A DNA stretch of 64,000 nt from Geopsychrobacteraceae bacterium. GTDB taxonomy: Bacteria; Desulfobacterota; Desulfuromonadia; Desulfuromonadales; Geopsychrobacteraceae. The stretch spans positions 2,336,001 to 2,400,000 of the forward strand of contig OY759353.1 in the NCBI GenBank assembly GCA_963662315.1, written 5' to 3'. Shown one piece after another: positions 19,304 to 30,150 of the stretch (position 1 is its first letter; the number at the start of each line of letters is the position of its first letter). Under the pieces are notes generated by a model, which made no database searches, had not been told where the DNA came from, and saw nothing but the letters and a program-made list of their open reading frames with translations. Made by a program: the position numbers and the translations under genes.

Positions 19304-20740
19304 ATGTCTGAACAAATTGATAAATTTCTGGAAAAAGAATACCAGGCCGGTTTCATTACCAGCATTGAGTCCGACACCTTACCCCCAGGCTTGAATGAAG
19401 ATGTCATCCGCTATATCTCCACCCGCAAAAAAGAACCGGAGTGGTTGCTTGAATGGCGGCTGGAAGCGTTTCATATCTGGGAAGAAAAGATGCTTCCGCT
19501 ATGGGCTCATTTGAAATTGCCCCACATCGACTTTCAGAAGGTCTCCTACTTTTCTGCGCCCAAAAATATGAGCGACAAACCGAAAAGTCTGGATGAGGTC
19601 GATCCTGAAGTGCTGGCGACCTATGAGAAGCTGGGCATCCCCCTTCTGGAGCAAAAGAATCTGCAAGGAATTGCCGTTGACGCTGTTTTTGATTCGGTAT
19701 CCGTGGCGACAACCTATCGTGACAAACTGATGGAAGTCGGAGTCGTTTTCATGCCGATCAGTGAAGCGGTTCACGAGTACCCGGAGCTGGTCAAAAAATA
19801 TCTGGGGTCAGTGGTCCCGAAGCAGGATAACTTCTTTGCGGCACTAAACAGTGCGGTCTTCAGTGACGGATCGTTCGTCTATATCCCCAAAGGGGTCGAC
19901 TGCCCCATGGAGTTGAGTTCCTATTTCCGCATTAACGAAGCCAACACCGGCCAGTTCGAGCGCACCCTTATTATTGCCGAAGAAGGGAGCAAGGTCAGCT
20001 ACCTGGAAGGCTGCACCGCGCCGATGCGCGACGAAAACCAGCTGCATGCCGCCGTCGTCGAACTGATCGCCCTGGATAACGCCAATATTAAATATTCAAC
20101 CGTTCAGAACTGGTACCCCGGCAACAAGGAAGGCAAAGGCGGTATCTACAATTTTGTCACCAAGCGTGGCCTGGCTCACACCAACGCAAAAATCTCCTGG
20201 ACTCAGGTTGAGACCGGTTCGGCTATCACCTGGAAATATCCGAGCTGTATTCTGAAAGGGGACAACAGTGTTGGCGAATTTTATTCGGTTGCCGTCACCA
20301 ACAATTACCAGCAGGCCGATACCGGCACAAAAATGATTCATCTGGGCAAAAATACTAAATCAACAATTATCTCCAAAGGGATCTCCGCCGGTAAAAGCCA
20401 AAACGCTTATCGCGGCCTGGTACGCATGAGCAAAAATGCCAAAGGAGCGCGCAACTTCAGTCAGTGCGACTCGCTGTTGATCGGCGACCGCTGCGGGGCC
20501 CATACCTTCCCTTACATTGAAGGACACAATCCCAGTGCTATTGTAGAGCATGAGGCCACCACCTCCAAAGTCAGTGATGACCAGCTGTTTCTCTGTCAGC
20601 AACGGGGTATTGACCCGGAAAAAGCCGTGTCAATGATTGTGAACGGTTTCTGTAAAGACGTATTTAAAAAATTACCGATGGAATTTGCCGCTGAAGCGGG
20701 CAAATTGCTGGAAGTTAGTCTGGAAGGTTCCGTTGGTTAA
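19304..20740 (+). CDS. sufB: Fe-S cluster assembly protein SufB
   Basis: Motifs '[10 protein letters not shown]', 'GQFERTLI', 'YLEGCTAP', 'QADTGTKM'; start set at MSEQ after a GAGG RBS. Confidence 0.97.
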   Translation: MSEQIDKFLEKEYQAGFITSIESDTLPPGLNEDVIRYISTRKKEPEWLLEWRLEAFHIWEEKMLPLWAHLKLPHIDFQKVSYFSAPKNMSDKPKSLDEVDPEVLATYEKLGIPLLEQKNLQGIAVDAVFDSVSVATTYRDKLMEVGVVFMPISEAVHEYPELVKKYLGSVVPKQDNFFAALNSAVFSDGSFVYIPKGVDCPMELSSYFRINEANTGQFERTLIIAEEGSKVSYLEGCTAPMRDENQLHAAVVELIALDNANIKYSTVQNWYPGNKEGKGGIYNFVTKRGLAHTNAKISWTQVETGSAITWKYPSCILKGDNSVGEFYSVAVTNNYQQADTGTKMIHLGKNTKSTIISKGISAGKSQNAYRGLVRMSKNAKGARNFSQCDSLLIGDRCGAHTFPYIEGHNPSAIVEHEATTSKVSDDQLFLCQQRGIDPEKAVSMIVNGFCKDVFKKLPMEFAAEAGKLLEVSLEGSVG

Positions 20741-20785
20741 GCGGATGTTTTTCCAGAACATATAAATCTAAAAAGGACATTTTTC

Positions 20786-21526
20786 ATGCTTTCGATAAAA
20801 AATCTACACGCGAAAATTGGTGATAAACAGATCATCAACGGTCTTAATCTCGAAATCGGGCCGGGTGAAATCCATGCCATCATGGGCCCTAACGGTGCCG
20901 GGAAAAGCACCCTGGGCTATGTTATCTCGGGTCGTGATGGTTACGACGTCACAGAGGGAGAGATTCTTCTCGAAGGATCCTCACTGCTTGATATGGAGCC
21001 TGAGGAAAGAGCCCAAGCCGGGGTATTCCTGGCCTTTCAGGCACCGATCGAGATTCCCGGCGTCTCCAACCTCGAATTCATGAAGGCTTCCGTCGACGCC
21101 CACCGCAAAGCTAAAGGGCTCGAGGCCATGGACAGTGTCACCTTCATGATGCTGGCCAGGGAAAAATGCAAAACGGTCAACCTGAATCCCGACTTTCTCA
21201 AACGGGGGGTCAACGAGGGCTTTTCCGGTGGCGAGAAAAAGCGTAATGAATTGCTGCAACTGATGCTGCTGGAACCGAAACTGGTTATTCTTGATGAAAC
21301 TGATTCAGGGCTTGATATCGACGCCCTGCAGGTGGTTGCCGATGGGGTTAATTCGCAACGCGATCCACAGCGCTCCTTTATCGTGATTACCCACTACCAG
21401 CGTCTGCTTGATTACATTGTCCCCGATTACGTTCATGTCTTTTCAAAAGGACAGATTGTCCGTTCCGGTGGCAAAGAACTGGCCCTTGAGCTTGAACAAA
21501 AAGGCTACGGCTGGATTGCCGAATAA
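20786..21526 (+). CDS. sufC: Fe-S cluster assembly ATPase SufC
   Basis: Walker A GPNGAGKST, 'FSGGEKKRNE', 'LDETDSGLDIDA', 'ITHYQRLL'. Confidence 0.97.
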   Translation: MLSIKNLHAKIGDKQIINGLNLEIGPGEIHAIMGPNGAGKSTLGYVISGRDGYDVTEGEILLEGSSLLDMEPEERAQAGVFLAFQAPIEIPGVSNLEFMKASVDAHRKAKGLEAMDSVTFMMLAREKCKTVNLNPDFLKRGVNEGFSGGEKKRNELLQLMLLEPKLVILDETDSGLDIDALQVVADGVNSQRDPQRSFIVITHYQRLLDYIVPDYVHVFSKGQIVRSGGKELALELEQKGYGWIAE

Positions 21527-21529
21527 AGG

Positions 21530-22849
21530 ATGACTGCTATGGGAATCACAACTTCATTACCGGATCCTGTTGCTGCCCGTCCGCAGCTCAGCTGGCTGAA
21601 ACCGCTCCATGCCAGCGGCAAAGAGCAGCTTGAAAGCCTCGGCTGGCCCGGACGCAAGACTGAGTACTGGCTCCACACCCCGATTACTGAAGCGCTGGAA
21701 AAGCTGCCCAAGACAGCCGAGACAGAGGTTCTTCCAGAATTCAACCAGTTGACTACAATTGCTAACATTGAGGCAATCAAAGTTGTTTTTGTTGATGGGG
21801 TATTTATCCCTGGACTGTCGTCGGACCTGAGCGAAAACACGCATCTGAACATCGTCTCTCAGCTTGAAGAAGCGCAGCAGAGGTCCTTTTTACAACGCAT
21901 CAACCAGACCTTCGACCTGGCTCTCAACGCCAAAGATCACATCGGCGCCTGGCACAACCTGAGCCTGCTCAGCGATGGACTGATTGTGCAGCTGCCTGCC
22001 GATGTCAAATTGGAGCAGCCGCTGCAGGTGGTCTTTGTCGCCAGCCAGGCCAGCTGCACTGCAGCACCAGCCACCAGGATTATCTGCGACCTGGCCCGTG
22101 GTGCCAGCGCCCAACTCATAGAACATTTTGTTACCCTGCCCGGAGCGGAAGGCAGTTTCTCCAATCAGCTGACCGAAATCGACCTGGGTGCCGGTGCCAA
22201 TCTCAGTCACTACCGCCTCGGCCTGGAAGGACACAGCGCTGTCAGCCTGACGGCAGTGCATGCCTCATTAGGCCAGGACGCCAACTACGATGGCTTTAAT
22301 ATCGGCTTTGGCGCTGCCTGCAAGCGTAACGATCTGGTCATCCATCATCAGCAGGGTGGCTCCCACTGTGAGCTGAAGGGGATCTACCTGCCACGCGGCA
22401 ATGAGCATATCGACTATCATACCTGCCTGGAGCATCGTGTGCCTGAGTGTACCAGCAACGAAGTATTCCGTGGCATTATGGCAGACAAAAGCACCGCAGT
22501 GTTCAACGGTCGTATTCATATTCATCAGGATGCCCAGAAAACCCTGGCTGAACTGAGTAACCGCAACCTGCTGGTCAGCCCGGATGCCCAGGTCTATACC
22601 AAACCGGAGTTGGAAATCTATGCGGATGATGTCCGCTGCGCCCACGGCGCAACCGTGGCCCAACTCGATGAGCAGGCCCGTTACTATCTGCAGAGCCGTG
22701 GCATCAGCCGCAAAGATGCGGAAGTTATCTTAAGTTTTGCCTTCATCAATGAGCTGATCGACCAGATCGATCTTGAGCCGCTAGCAGAACATCTGCGTCC
22801 GCTGCTGAACGATCACTTTGCCAAAACCCTGCAACACTCCGGAGACTGA
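21530..22849 (+). CDS. sufD: Fe-S cluster assembly protein SufD
   Basis: 'VFNGRI...DAQKT', 'KPELEIYADDVRCAHGATV'; operon context. Confidence 0.95.
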   Translation: MTAMGITTSLPDPVAARPQLSWLKPLHASGKEQLESLGWPGRKTEYWLHTPITEALEKLPKTAETEVLPEFNQLTTIANIEAIKVVFVDGVFIPGLSSDLSENTHLNIVSQLEEAQQRSFLQRINQTFDLALNAKDHIGAWHNLSLLSDGLIVQLPADVKLEQPLQVVFVASQASCTAAPATRIICDLARGASAQLIEHFVTLPGAEGSFSNQLTEIDLGAGANLSHYRLGLEGHSAVSLTAVHASLGQDANYDGFNIGFGAACKRNDLVIHHQQGGSHCELKGIYLPRGNEHIDYHTCLEHRVPECTSNEVFRGIMADKSTAVFNGRIHIHQDAQKTLAELSNRNLLVSPDAQVYTKPELEIYADDVRCAHGATVAQLDEQARYYLQSRGISRKDAEVILSFAFINELIDQIDLEPLAEHLRPLLNDHFAKTLQHSGD

Positions 22850-22851
22850 AA

Positions 22852-24084
22852 ATGACAGCCCCTTTTCCCTTTGATCCGGAAAGCATCCGTCCCGACTTCC
22901 CGCTGCTGCAGCAGGTCGTCAACGGTCAGCAGCTGGTTTATCTGGATAACGCTTCGACGACCCAGAAACCTGAGGCCGTCATTGAAGCCATTTGTCACTA
23001 TTATCGCTGTGACAACGCCAATGTTCATCGCGGCAGCTATGCTCTGAGTGATCGCGCCACCTGTCGCTTTGAACAAGCACGATTACGCGTACAAAGGTTT
23101 ATCAATGCCGCCTGTCAGGAAGAGATCATCTGGACCAGGGGGACAACCGAAGGGATCAACCTGGTTGCCCAGTGTTATGGCGGACAGGTACTTAAAGCAG
23201 GTGACGTTGTGTTGGCGCCAACCATGGAGCACCACGCCAATATTGTTCCATGGCAGATGATTGCTGCCCGCCAGGGCGCGACGTTAAAAGCTGTTCCGGT
23301 TAGCAACCAGGGGGAAATAGATCTTGATGCCTTCGCCGCGCTACTGAAAGATAACCCGGTTAAAATTGTCAGCTGTGCTCACGTCTGTAACAGTCTGGGT
23401 ACTGTTAATCCGATTGAGACCATCATAAAAATGGCTCATGCCGAAGGTGCCATGGTGATGATTGACGGGGCCCAGGGGATCAGCCACTGGCCGGTTGATG
23501 TTCAGGCCCTCGATGTTGATTTCTACGCGTTTTCCGGTCATAAGATGTTCGGACCAACCGGCATTGGTGTCCTGTACGCCAAGAAGGAGCTGCTTGACGC
23601 CATGCCACCCTTTATGGGTGGCGGTGAAATGATTGAAAACGTTACTTTTGCTAAAACGATCTATAATCATCTGCCGTTCAAATTTGAAGCAGGAACCCCA
23701 AACATTGCCGGTGCAATCGGCCTGGCAGCGGCAATCGATTATCTCAACCAGCTTGACCGCAAGGCAACTGCCGCCCACGAAGCTTCATTACTGGCTTATA
23801 CCCAGGAAAGAGCGCATGACTGCGATGGACTCATTCCTATCAGCCGGGCTAAACACATGGCCGGGGCCTTCAGTTTTAACATTGAGGGGGCCCACCCGTC
23901 CGATGTCGGTATGCTACTCGATCAGCAAGCCATTGCCGTACGCACCGGACAACATTGTGCCCAGCCAGTCATGGACCAGTACTGTATACCCGGTACGGTC
24001 AGGGCATCCTTCAGCATCTATAACACTCATGCCGAGGTCGATCGTTTGTTTGAGGCGATTGAAAAGGTAAAAATGTTTATCTAA
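22852..24084 (+). CDS. sufS: Cysteine desulfurase SufS
   Basis: 'YLDNASTTQKP', 'FSGHKMFGPTGIG', 'RTGQHCAQP'. Confidence 0.96.
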   Translation: MTAPFPFDPESIRPDFPLLQQVVNGQQLVYLDNASTTQKPEAVIEAICHYYRCDNANVHRGSYALSDRATCRFEQARLRVQRFINAACQEEIIWTRGTTEGINLVAQCYGGQVLKAGDVVLAPTMEHHANIVPWQMIAARQGATLKAVPVSNQGEIDLDAFAALLKDNPVKIVSCAHVCNSLGTVNPIETIIKMAHAEGAMVMIDGAQGISHWPVDVQALDVDFYAFSGHKMFGPTGIGVLYAKKELLDAMPPFMGGGEMIENVTFAKTIYNHLPFKFEAGTPNIAGAIGLAAAIDYLNQLDRKATAAHEASLLAYTQERAHDCDGLIPISRAKHMAGAFSFNIEGAHPSDVGMLLDQQAIAVRTGQHCAQPVMDQYCIPGTVRASFSIYNTHAEVDRLFEAIEKVKMFI

Positions 24085-24159
24085 ACTTGGTAGCGCAAAA
24101 TGCTCAAGAGCACATCCTCTATATGCACACACAAATTCATCAAAGGAGGATCAGAGGAT

Positions 24160-24238
24160 ATTTGTCGCCCGGATGGCGACAATTAAGCCTCATGGATGGG
24201 TTGATGCGCCCCTGGAACGGGAGATCCGATTCTCCGGC
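24160..24238. repeat. REP-like multi-hairpin intergenic element between sufS and sufE
   Basis: TTGTCGCC-CGGAT-GGCGACAA stem followed by AGCCTCATGGATGGGTT (two GGATGG cores). Confidence 0.45.
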
Positions 24239-24258
24239 TTAACAGAAAGAAAGGACCA

Positions 24259-24681
24259 ATGAACCCATTCGGAACCACCATAACCACTGAAGATATCATT
24301 GACAGCCTCAGTTTTTTTGACAGCTGGGAAGATCGCTACAAATACATTATCGATCTCGGCAAGCAGTTGCCGGACATGCCTGAGACACTGAAAACCGATG
24401 AGCGGCTGATCAAAGGGTGCCAGAGTAAAGTCTGGATTGATGCCACGGTGGTTGATGGCAAACTGATCTTAAATGCTGACAGTGACGCTTTCATCGTTAA
24501 AGGTCTGCTGGCCGTTGTGCTGGCAGCCTACAATGGCCAGACTCCAGCTCAGGCCAAAGCCTTTAATATTGATGAGTACTTTGCCGAGCTGAAACTGCTC
24601 AATCATCTCAGTCCAACCCGCAGCAATGGTCTGCATGCCATGGTACAGCGCCTGAAAGCCATTACCGAAGCATCTCTGTAA
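24259..24681 (+). CDS. sufE: SufE family sulfur acceptor
   Basis: 'WEDRYKYIIDLGKQLP', 'IKGCQSKVW', 'DSDA.IVKGL', 'LSPTRSNGL'. Confidence 0.95.
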   Translation: MNPFGTTITTEDIIDSLSFFDSWEDRYKYIIDLGKQLPDMPETLKTDERLIKGCQSKVWIDATVVDGKLILNADSDAFIVKGLLAVVLAAYNGQTPAQAKAFNIDEYFAELKLLNHLSPTRSNGLHAMVQRLKAITEASL

Positions 24682-24684
24682 ATT

Positions 24685-24724
24685 AAAAAGCCCCGCATTC
24701 AAAGCTGAATACGGGGCTTTTATT
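24685..24724. terminator. Bidirectional intrinsic terminator between sufE and the MCP gene
   Basis: AAAAAGCCCCG-CATTC...GAAT-ACGGGGCTTTT between convergent genes. Confidence 0.8.
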
Positions 24725-24741
24725 ACTGAAGCGTTCACATA

Positions 24742-26856
24742 TCAATCATCGTTACTCCAGCCTTTTGGTGCGGGAAGTCCCGGGGTACGATGTTTCTGCT
24801 CGTGCCCACCACGGAATCTGAAAACGCTGATCAGCTGGTTAAGAGTTGCAGCCTGACTTGAAAGCTCATGGGCCGCAGCCGAGGTTTCTTCCGCACTGGC
24901 TGTATTCTGTTGCGTCACCGAATCAACCAAGTGCAGGGCCTGGTTAATTTCCACCAGTCCGCTTGACTGCACCTCAGATGCCTCCGCGATAGAATCAATG
25001 AGTTTAGCCATATCATCGATTCCTTTAACAACACCTTTCAAACTTTCTGCCGCCTGCCCCACCAACTGATTGGTATTACCGACCTTATGAACCGAGCCTT
25101 CAATCAAGGCTGCTGTTTCCTGGGCGGCCTTGGCGCTACGGCTGGCCAGGTTACGCACCTCTTCGGCAACGACGGCAAATCCCTTACCATGCTGCCCGGC
25201 GCGCGCGGCTTCCACCGCAGCGTTCAAGGCGAGCAGGTTGGTCTGAAACGCAATCTCATCAATAACTTTGATAATCTTGGCAATGGCTGCCGAAGCATCA
25301 CTCACTTCGGCCATAGCACTGGTCATCGCATCCATATCGTGCTGACTCTGTTCCGCGTTGCCACGAACAGCTCCCGCCATCTTGTTAGCACGTGCAGCGT
25401 TAGCCGCATTCTCTTTGGTTTGCGATGTTATTTCGGTCAGGGAGCTGGAAATTTCTTCAAGACTCGCAGCCTGAGAGGTCGAACCCTGGGCCAATGCTTC
25501 ACTGGCAGCTGAAACCTGACCAGACGAGGCATCAACATCAACGGCAGAGTGGCGCACAGCCCCCAGCACTTTGTTCAGATTTTCCGACATATGTTTTAAA
25601 GCCAGGCCAAGCACATCCCTGTCGGATGTCACCTCAACATCATCAGTCAGATCATTGGCCGCAATATTCTTTGCCAGCTGCGCTTTTCTCTCCAGATTAT
25701 CGGCCATACCGTTCAGAGCCTGGGCCAGCAATCCTGACTCATCACCACTTTTCACCTCAAGCCGCTGTGATAAGTCGCCTTTGCCGATAGTTTCAGCCAG
25801 AACCTTGGCCTTGCTCAAAGGAGATGCAATGGAGCTGGCCAGCAGATACAGAATGATCGCAAGCACAACAAGAACTCCAAGGCTGATCCAAACGGTACGC
25901 CACAAAACCAGGGTCGAAGAAGCCAATACTTTGGCCATGGGAATATCGACACCAAGAGCCCAGTTCTGGGTTTTAGTTACCGGAATTGGTACAAATACAC
26001 GAAAAATATCTTCGTCAGCAACAGTAATATCCTGCTGAAAGACGCGCCCGGCTTTTATCGCCGCAGAAATAGCACTGGCTTGCTCAGCACCGAAGCCGTC
26101 AACCAGCTTTTTGGTGATCATCTCATCGCCAGGATGACCAACAAACTGCCCATCATCAGCAATGATATAAGCCTTACCCGTCTCAAAGGGTGTGATTGAT
26201 CTCGCCATTTTGACGAAATCGGTGACTTCATAATCGATACCGGTCGCACCACGGAATTTGCCATCGACAATAATCGGAATACAGGAATCAATGCCAACGA
26301 TCAACTTGCCATCGACCTCATAGGAATAAGGAGCCGTCAGATAATCTTTTTTGGTATCACGTGGAACTGTATACCAAAGATTCGACTCCTCATCACTGCA
26401 GGGGCGTGAATCGATACCACCATTGGCGGTGCGGAAAAAATAGGGGTCATAGCGCCCTTTATCTCCGTGGCGTTTGTTATAGTTGCGATGCTCTGCATCT
26501 TTGCCGTCCAGACCATTTGGTTCAAATGCTGACCATATCCCCAGAAAAGCAGGTTCACGCTGCAAAATGCTCAATTGATACTGATCAAAAACATCACGTT
26601 TGGGCAGTTCGCCACTGCGAATCGCCGCCTCGAAAACACCCGCCAGAGCACGGCTTTGATCCATGATCGGGTTGATAAAGTCTTTGACCCGAACAGCATT
26701 ATGCTGAGCGGTCTCTCTTGCCAGTTGTTTGGCCTCTGTAATCGCAGAAGAGCTCATCCACGAGATAAAAAGACCAGAAACCACGAGCAAGGATAAGGTT
26801 ACGACAAGCAAAATGGGGAGTAAGATTTTGTTTCTGATATTCATCCGGGCAAACAT
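24742..26856 (-). CDS. Methyl-accepting chemotaxis protein (Cache sensor, HAMP, MCP signal domain)
   Basis: Two TMs flanking a Cache-like domain; '[37 protein letters not shown]'. Confidence 0.96.
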   Translation of the reverse strand: MFARMNIRNKILLPILLVVTLSLLVVSGLFISWMSSSAITEAKQLARETAQHNAVRVKDFINPIMDQSRALAGVFEAAIRSGELPKRDVFDQYQLSILQREPAFLGIWSAFEPNGLDGKDAEHRNYNKRHGDKGRYDPYFFRTANGGIDSRPCSDEESNLWYTVPRDTKKDYLTAPYSYEVDGKLIVGIDSCIPIIVDGKFRGATGIDYEVTDFVKMARSITPFETGKAYIIADDGQFVGHPGDEMITKKLVDGFGAEQASAISAAIKAGRVFQQDITVADEDIFRVFVPIPVTKTQNWALGVDIPMAKVLASSTLVLWRTVWISLGVLVVLAIILYLLASSIASPLSKAKVLAETIGKGDLSQRLEVKSGDESGLLAQALNGMADNLERKAQLAKNIAANDLTDDVEVTSDRDVLGLALKHMSENLNKVLGAVRHSAVDVDASSGQVSAASEALAQGSTSQAASLEEISSSLTEITSQTKENAANAARANKMAGAVRGNAEQSQHDMDAMTSAMAEVSDASAAIAKIIKVIDEIAFQTNLLALNAAVEAARAGQHGKGFAVVAEEVRNLASRSAKAAQETAALIEGSVHKVGNTNQLVGQAAESLKGVVKGIDDMAKLIDSIAEASEVQSSGLVEINQALHLVDSVTQQNTASAEETSAAAHELSSQAATLNQLISVFRFRGGHEQKHRTPGLPAPKGWSNDD

Positions 26857-26988
26857 ATGGTGACCTCTCCTTTCGGCTCCCTATTATTAGTACAGACCAA
26901 TATCATACTGAAAAGAGCCACCCCATGCAATACAATTTATTTGAACGCTTTAACTATAGTATTAAGTTTCCATCTCCTACTTGAATCA

Positions 26989-27028
26989 AAAAAAGGCCTG
27001 TCGCCACTCAAGCGTCAGACCTTTTTTA
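26989..27028 (-). terminator. Terminator-like hairpin after the carbonic anhydrase gene
   Basis: AAAAAAGGCCTG...CAGACCTTTTTT imperfect stem flanked by A and T runs. Confidence 0.6.
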
Positions 27029-27052
27029 TCAGCCCTTTTATCAAGCAGTAAA

Positions 27053-27802
27053 TTATTGAACTATAACCCGAGAATTAAGAGGCTGCAGTGGACGATTGTT
27101 CGGGTGTTCCATAACCGCCTGAAACTTCATAATCTGGGCTTTAGAGGCGGTCACTGCATCTTTCATAACAAACCAGCGTACCCCCTCACTACAGGGGGGC
27201 GTTGTCAACGAGCCATTGAAACGATAATACTCACGCTCGGCAGGAAGCAGGCTCACCGGATTGATGGTGTCATGCAATAATTCTTTCTCACCGGCATGGG
27301 CAGGCATCTGCTTCCAGGCTTTTTCCAGTTCCAGATTAACAGCACCTTCGTCAAACATCACAGCGACAACGGCAATATTGCCATTTTCATCAAGATGAAC
27401 GAAGTGGGCTTCCAGAGGGAAATAGCGGCCATCAATAGTATTTTCACTCGGGCTGTGAAAATGAAACTGTTTCAGAGCAAAGCTGTGCCCTTTCACCCGA
27501 ATAGTACTCCCTTCAGCAACATTCACCTGGATAGCATGACCATTATTAACGACTTCTGTCCCTTTACTGTAATATTCTACGGTCATCTGTGGCAGATCCC
27601 CCTCAACCATACTGGTCAGGTTGATTGGCGACTGATTTTTACCGGCACTGCACATGATATAATCATGTGACAGCTTGCCCCAGTTTTCCGGACCTTCTTC
27701 ACCACTATAGCTCCAGTGGGCTTTGTGCTCGCTGGCAAAAGCACTGGCAGTACTTAAGAATAACCAGATCAGTACCAGCCCGATAATCGTTCTCCCTTTC
27801 AT
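27053..27802 (-). CDS. cah: Periplasmic alpha-class carbonic anhydrase
   Basis: Signal peptide; 'HWSYSG', 'QSPIN', 'QFHFHSPSE', 'EAHFVH', 'GSLTTPPCSEGV'. Confidence 0.96.
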   Translation of the reverse strand: MKGRTIIGLVLIWLFLSTASAFASEHKAHWSYSGEEGPENWGKLSHDYIMCSAGKNQSPINLTSMVEGDLPQMTVEYYSKGTEVVNNGHAIQVNVAEGSTIRVKGHSFALKQFHFHSPSENTIDGRYFPLEAHFVHLDENGNIAVVAVMFDEGAVNLELEKAWKQMPAHAGEKELLHDTINPVSLLPAEREYYRFNGSLTTPPCSEGVRWFVMKDAVTASKAQIMKFQAVMEHPNNRPLQPLNSRVIVQ

Positions 27803-28031
27803 AAATTGTCTCCTTTTTTATTTAAGTTCGTCTGCTTTTCGCAGAAACGGTCATTAATAATGATCCGCTTCGTCATTCTGCAGAGCAGATGCCCCTTCCC
27901 AGACGCCATCGCCAGAGATGACAGGGTTGTTATTACCCTTATCATCAGTATTTTTCAATACTTTACAATATTCATTTTTGACCTATAGTGGGCCACTACG
28001 AATAATTATAGACTTTTGGGGGAGAGAAACC

Positions 28032-28916
28032 ATGTTCAGAATGACCAACACAAAACACTTCTGCTTTGCATTATTCAAACTTTCAACCAGCTGCCTCATA
28101 GTTATCCTGCTGTGGTCCTGTGGTACCACGTCAGGAGGAAGCAGCCATTCGGGGGAAAACCCAACAGACAACAATCCAGGCACAAATAATGAATGCTGGC
28201 AGCCATCGCTATCCAATTCCTGGCAATGGCAGTTAAATGGTACGGTCAACACCTCCTATGATGTGGATATCTACGATATTGACCTGGAAGACAGCAGCTC
28301 GGCCCTGATCAGTCAGCTACATACTGATGGGTGTCATGTTATCTGTTATTTTTCCGCCGGCAGTTATGAAAACTGGCGTAGCGACGCGAACCAGTTTGAC
28401 GCAGAGGACCTGGGCAATACCCTTGCGGGCTGGCCGGATGAGCGGTGGTTGGACATTACCTCGGACAATGTTCGGGCGATTATGGAAGAACGCCTTGACC
28501 GTGCTGTCAGCAAAGGATGTGACGCTGTCGAAGCCGATAATGTCGATGGCTACAGCAACAGTAACGGGCTGGGACTAACCGCTGCAGAACAGCTTGATTA
28601 CAATCAGTTCCTGGCTCAAGCAGCCCATGAACGCGGTTTGGCCATTGGTCTGAAAAACGATCTGGAACAGATCAGCAGTCTGGTCAGCCTTTTTGATTTT
28701 GCTATTAACGAGCAATGTTATGAATATGATGAATGTTCAGCACTGACACCCTTTATCAGCGCCGGAAAACCAGTCTTTCATGTCGAATACAAAACCACGT
28801 ATCTCAACGACAACAGCATGTGTCTGCAATCCAGAGACCTGAATCTGCGCACCCTGATTCTGCCAAAGAACCTGGATGACAGCTATCCGAATCGTTACAG
28901 CTGTGATGGAAATTGA
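28032..28916 (+). CDS. Endo-alpha-1,4-polygalactosaminidase-like (GH114) lipoprotein
   Basis: 'WQWQL', 'YDIDL', 'ICYFSAGSYENWR.D', 'KGCDAVEADNVD', 'GLKND', 'NEQC'; lipobox-like LWSC. Confidence 0.88.
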   Translation: MFRMTNTKHFCFALFKLSTSCLIVILLWSCGTTSGGSSHSGENPTDNNPGTNNECWQPSLSNSWQWQLNGTVNTSYDVDIYDIDLEDSSSALISQLHTDGCHVICYFSAGSYENWRSDANQFDAEDLGNTLAGWPDERWLDITSDNVRAIMEERLDRAVSKGCDAVEADNVDGYSNSNGLGLTAAEQLDYNQFLAQAAHERGLAIGLKNDLEQISSLVSLFDFAINEQCYEYDECSALTPFISAGKPVFHVEYKTTYLNDNSMCLQSRDLNLRTLILPKNLDDSYPNRYSCDGN

Positions 28917-28964
28917 GCAATTGTTCCGGCAGCGCAACTAAACGTATCGCGCCTGCCGGAACAT

Positions 28965-30107
28965 TCAGGCAAACACCCAGCCAGCCATCAACCGTCTGGC
29001 ACTGCGGCTCATGGTCACTTTCTCAATCAACCAGTCTTCACCAGCGTGGCGAACTGTTGCTGCCACAACCATCAGCCCGGAAGGGTGGCCGATACGAAGA
29101 GATCCATCCCCGAGACAAGCCCGCTTGCCGAACTGCTGGACCAGTGTCCCTTCAATCGCCGCCGCTGCCGCCAAAGCAACACCGCCGGTTCCGGTCATAG
29201 CATGATGCAACTTACCCATGGATAGAATCCGCGCAGTCAGATCAATCTCTGAGGCTGCCACGTGTTTACCGGATGAACACACATAATCCTGAGCTTCAGA
29301 CAGCAGGACCAACTTGGGTGTTCCGGGACGCTGCAAAGTCGCTGCCCCTGCACTTTCTGCCAAGCCCATCATGACGGCGCCATGGGCACGAATCTGCTCA
29401 CACAGCTCAAGTAATTCGCGCTGCTGATTAAAACTGTCTGGCAGCTCGGTCCCCTTCAGGCCAAGGCTTTTTGCGGTAATAAAAACATGGGGATTTCCAA
29501 CATTAAATAAGGTAGCGGTAAAGGCGCCGACGCTGGGTACCTTCACGACGTCAATCAGGTTGCCCGTTGGAAAGACACTACCGTCGCTGTCTGCCGGGTC
29601 AAGGAAGTCGAGGACAATTTCCGCCGCAGGGAAAGTCACCCCATCGAGCTCAAAATCTCCCAGTTCAACAACCTCGCCGCCCTGCATCGGAACTTTGGCG
29701 ATGATGCGCTTATTGATATTGGCTTGCCAGATGCGTACTTCGGCAATGCCATCTGCCGGGGCTGACACCATCTGCTCCTGAATAGCAAAAGGCCCTACCG
29801 CTGATGACAGGTTCCCACAATTACCGGAGTAATCAATAACCGGGTCACCTATGGCGACCGCACCAAACAGGTAGTCAACGTCACAGTCGTCACGGCTGGA
29901 TGGCCCCACAACCACCACCTTACTGGTACTCGAGGTTCCCCCGCCCATACCATCAACCTGCTTGCCGTAAGGATCGGGGCTGCCAAGGATACGCAGGAAA
30001 AGACGATCACGTTCGGCGGGGTCAGCAGGAACCGCATCAGCCCGAAAGAACACCCCCTTACTGGTGCCGCCACGCATGAATGTTGCGGGTATTTTTTGCT
30101 GCTTCAT
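28965..30107 (-). CDS. prpF: PrpF (2-methylaconitate cis-trans isomerase, AcnD-accessory family)
   Basis: 'MRGGTSKG', 'GNCGNL', 'SMGKLHHAM', 'SRSARRLM.GWV'; ATG at 30107 with a GGAG RBS. Confidence 0.92.
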   Translation of the reverse strand: MKQQKIPATFMRGGTSKGVFFRADAVPADPAERDRLFLRILGSPDPYGKQVDGMGGGTSSTSKVVVVGPSSRDDCDVDYLFGAVAIGDPVIDYSGNCGNLSSAVGPFAIQEQMVSAPADGIAEVRIWQANINKRIIAKVPMQGGEVVELGDFELDGVTFPAAEIVLDFLDPADSDGSVFPTGNLIDVVKVPSVGAFTATLFNVGNPHVFITAKSLGLKGTELPDSFNQQRELLELCEQIRAHGAVMMGLAESAGAATLQRPGTPKLVLLSEAQDYVCSSGKHVAASEIDLTARILSMGKLHHAMTGTGGVALAAAAAIEGTLVQQFGKRACLGDGSLRIGHPSGLMVVAATVRHAGEDWLIEKVTMSRSARRLMAGWVFA

Positions 30108-30150
30108 TTTTGTCGCTCCACCTAACATAAAATAGTGAATAATCTTGAGT

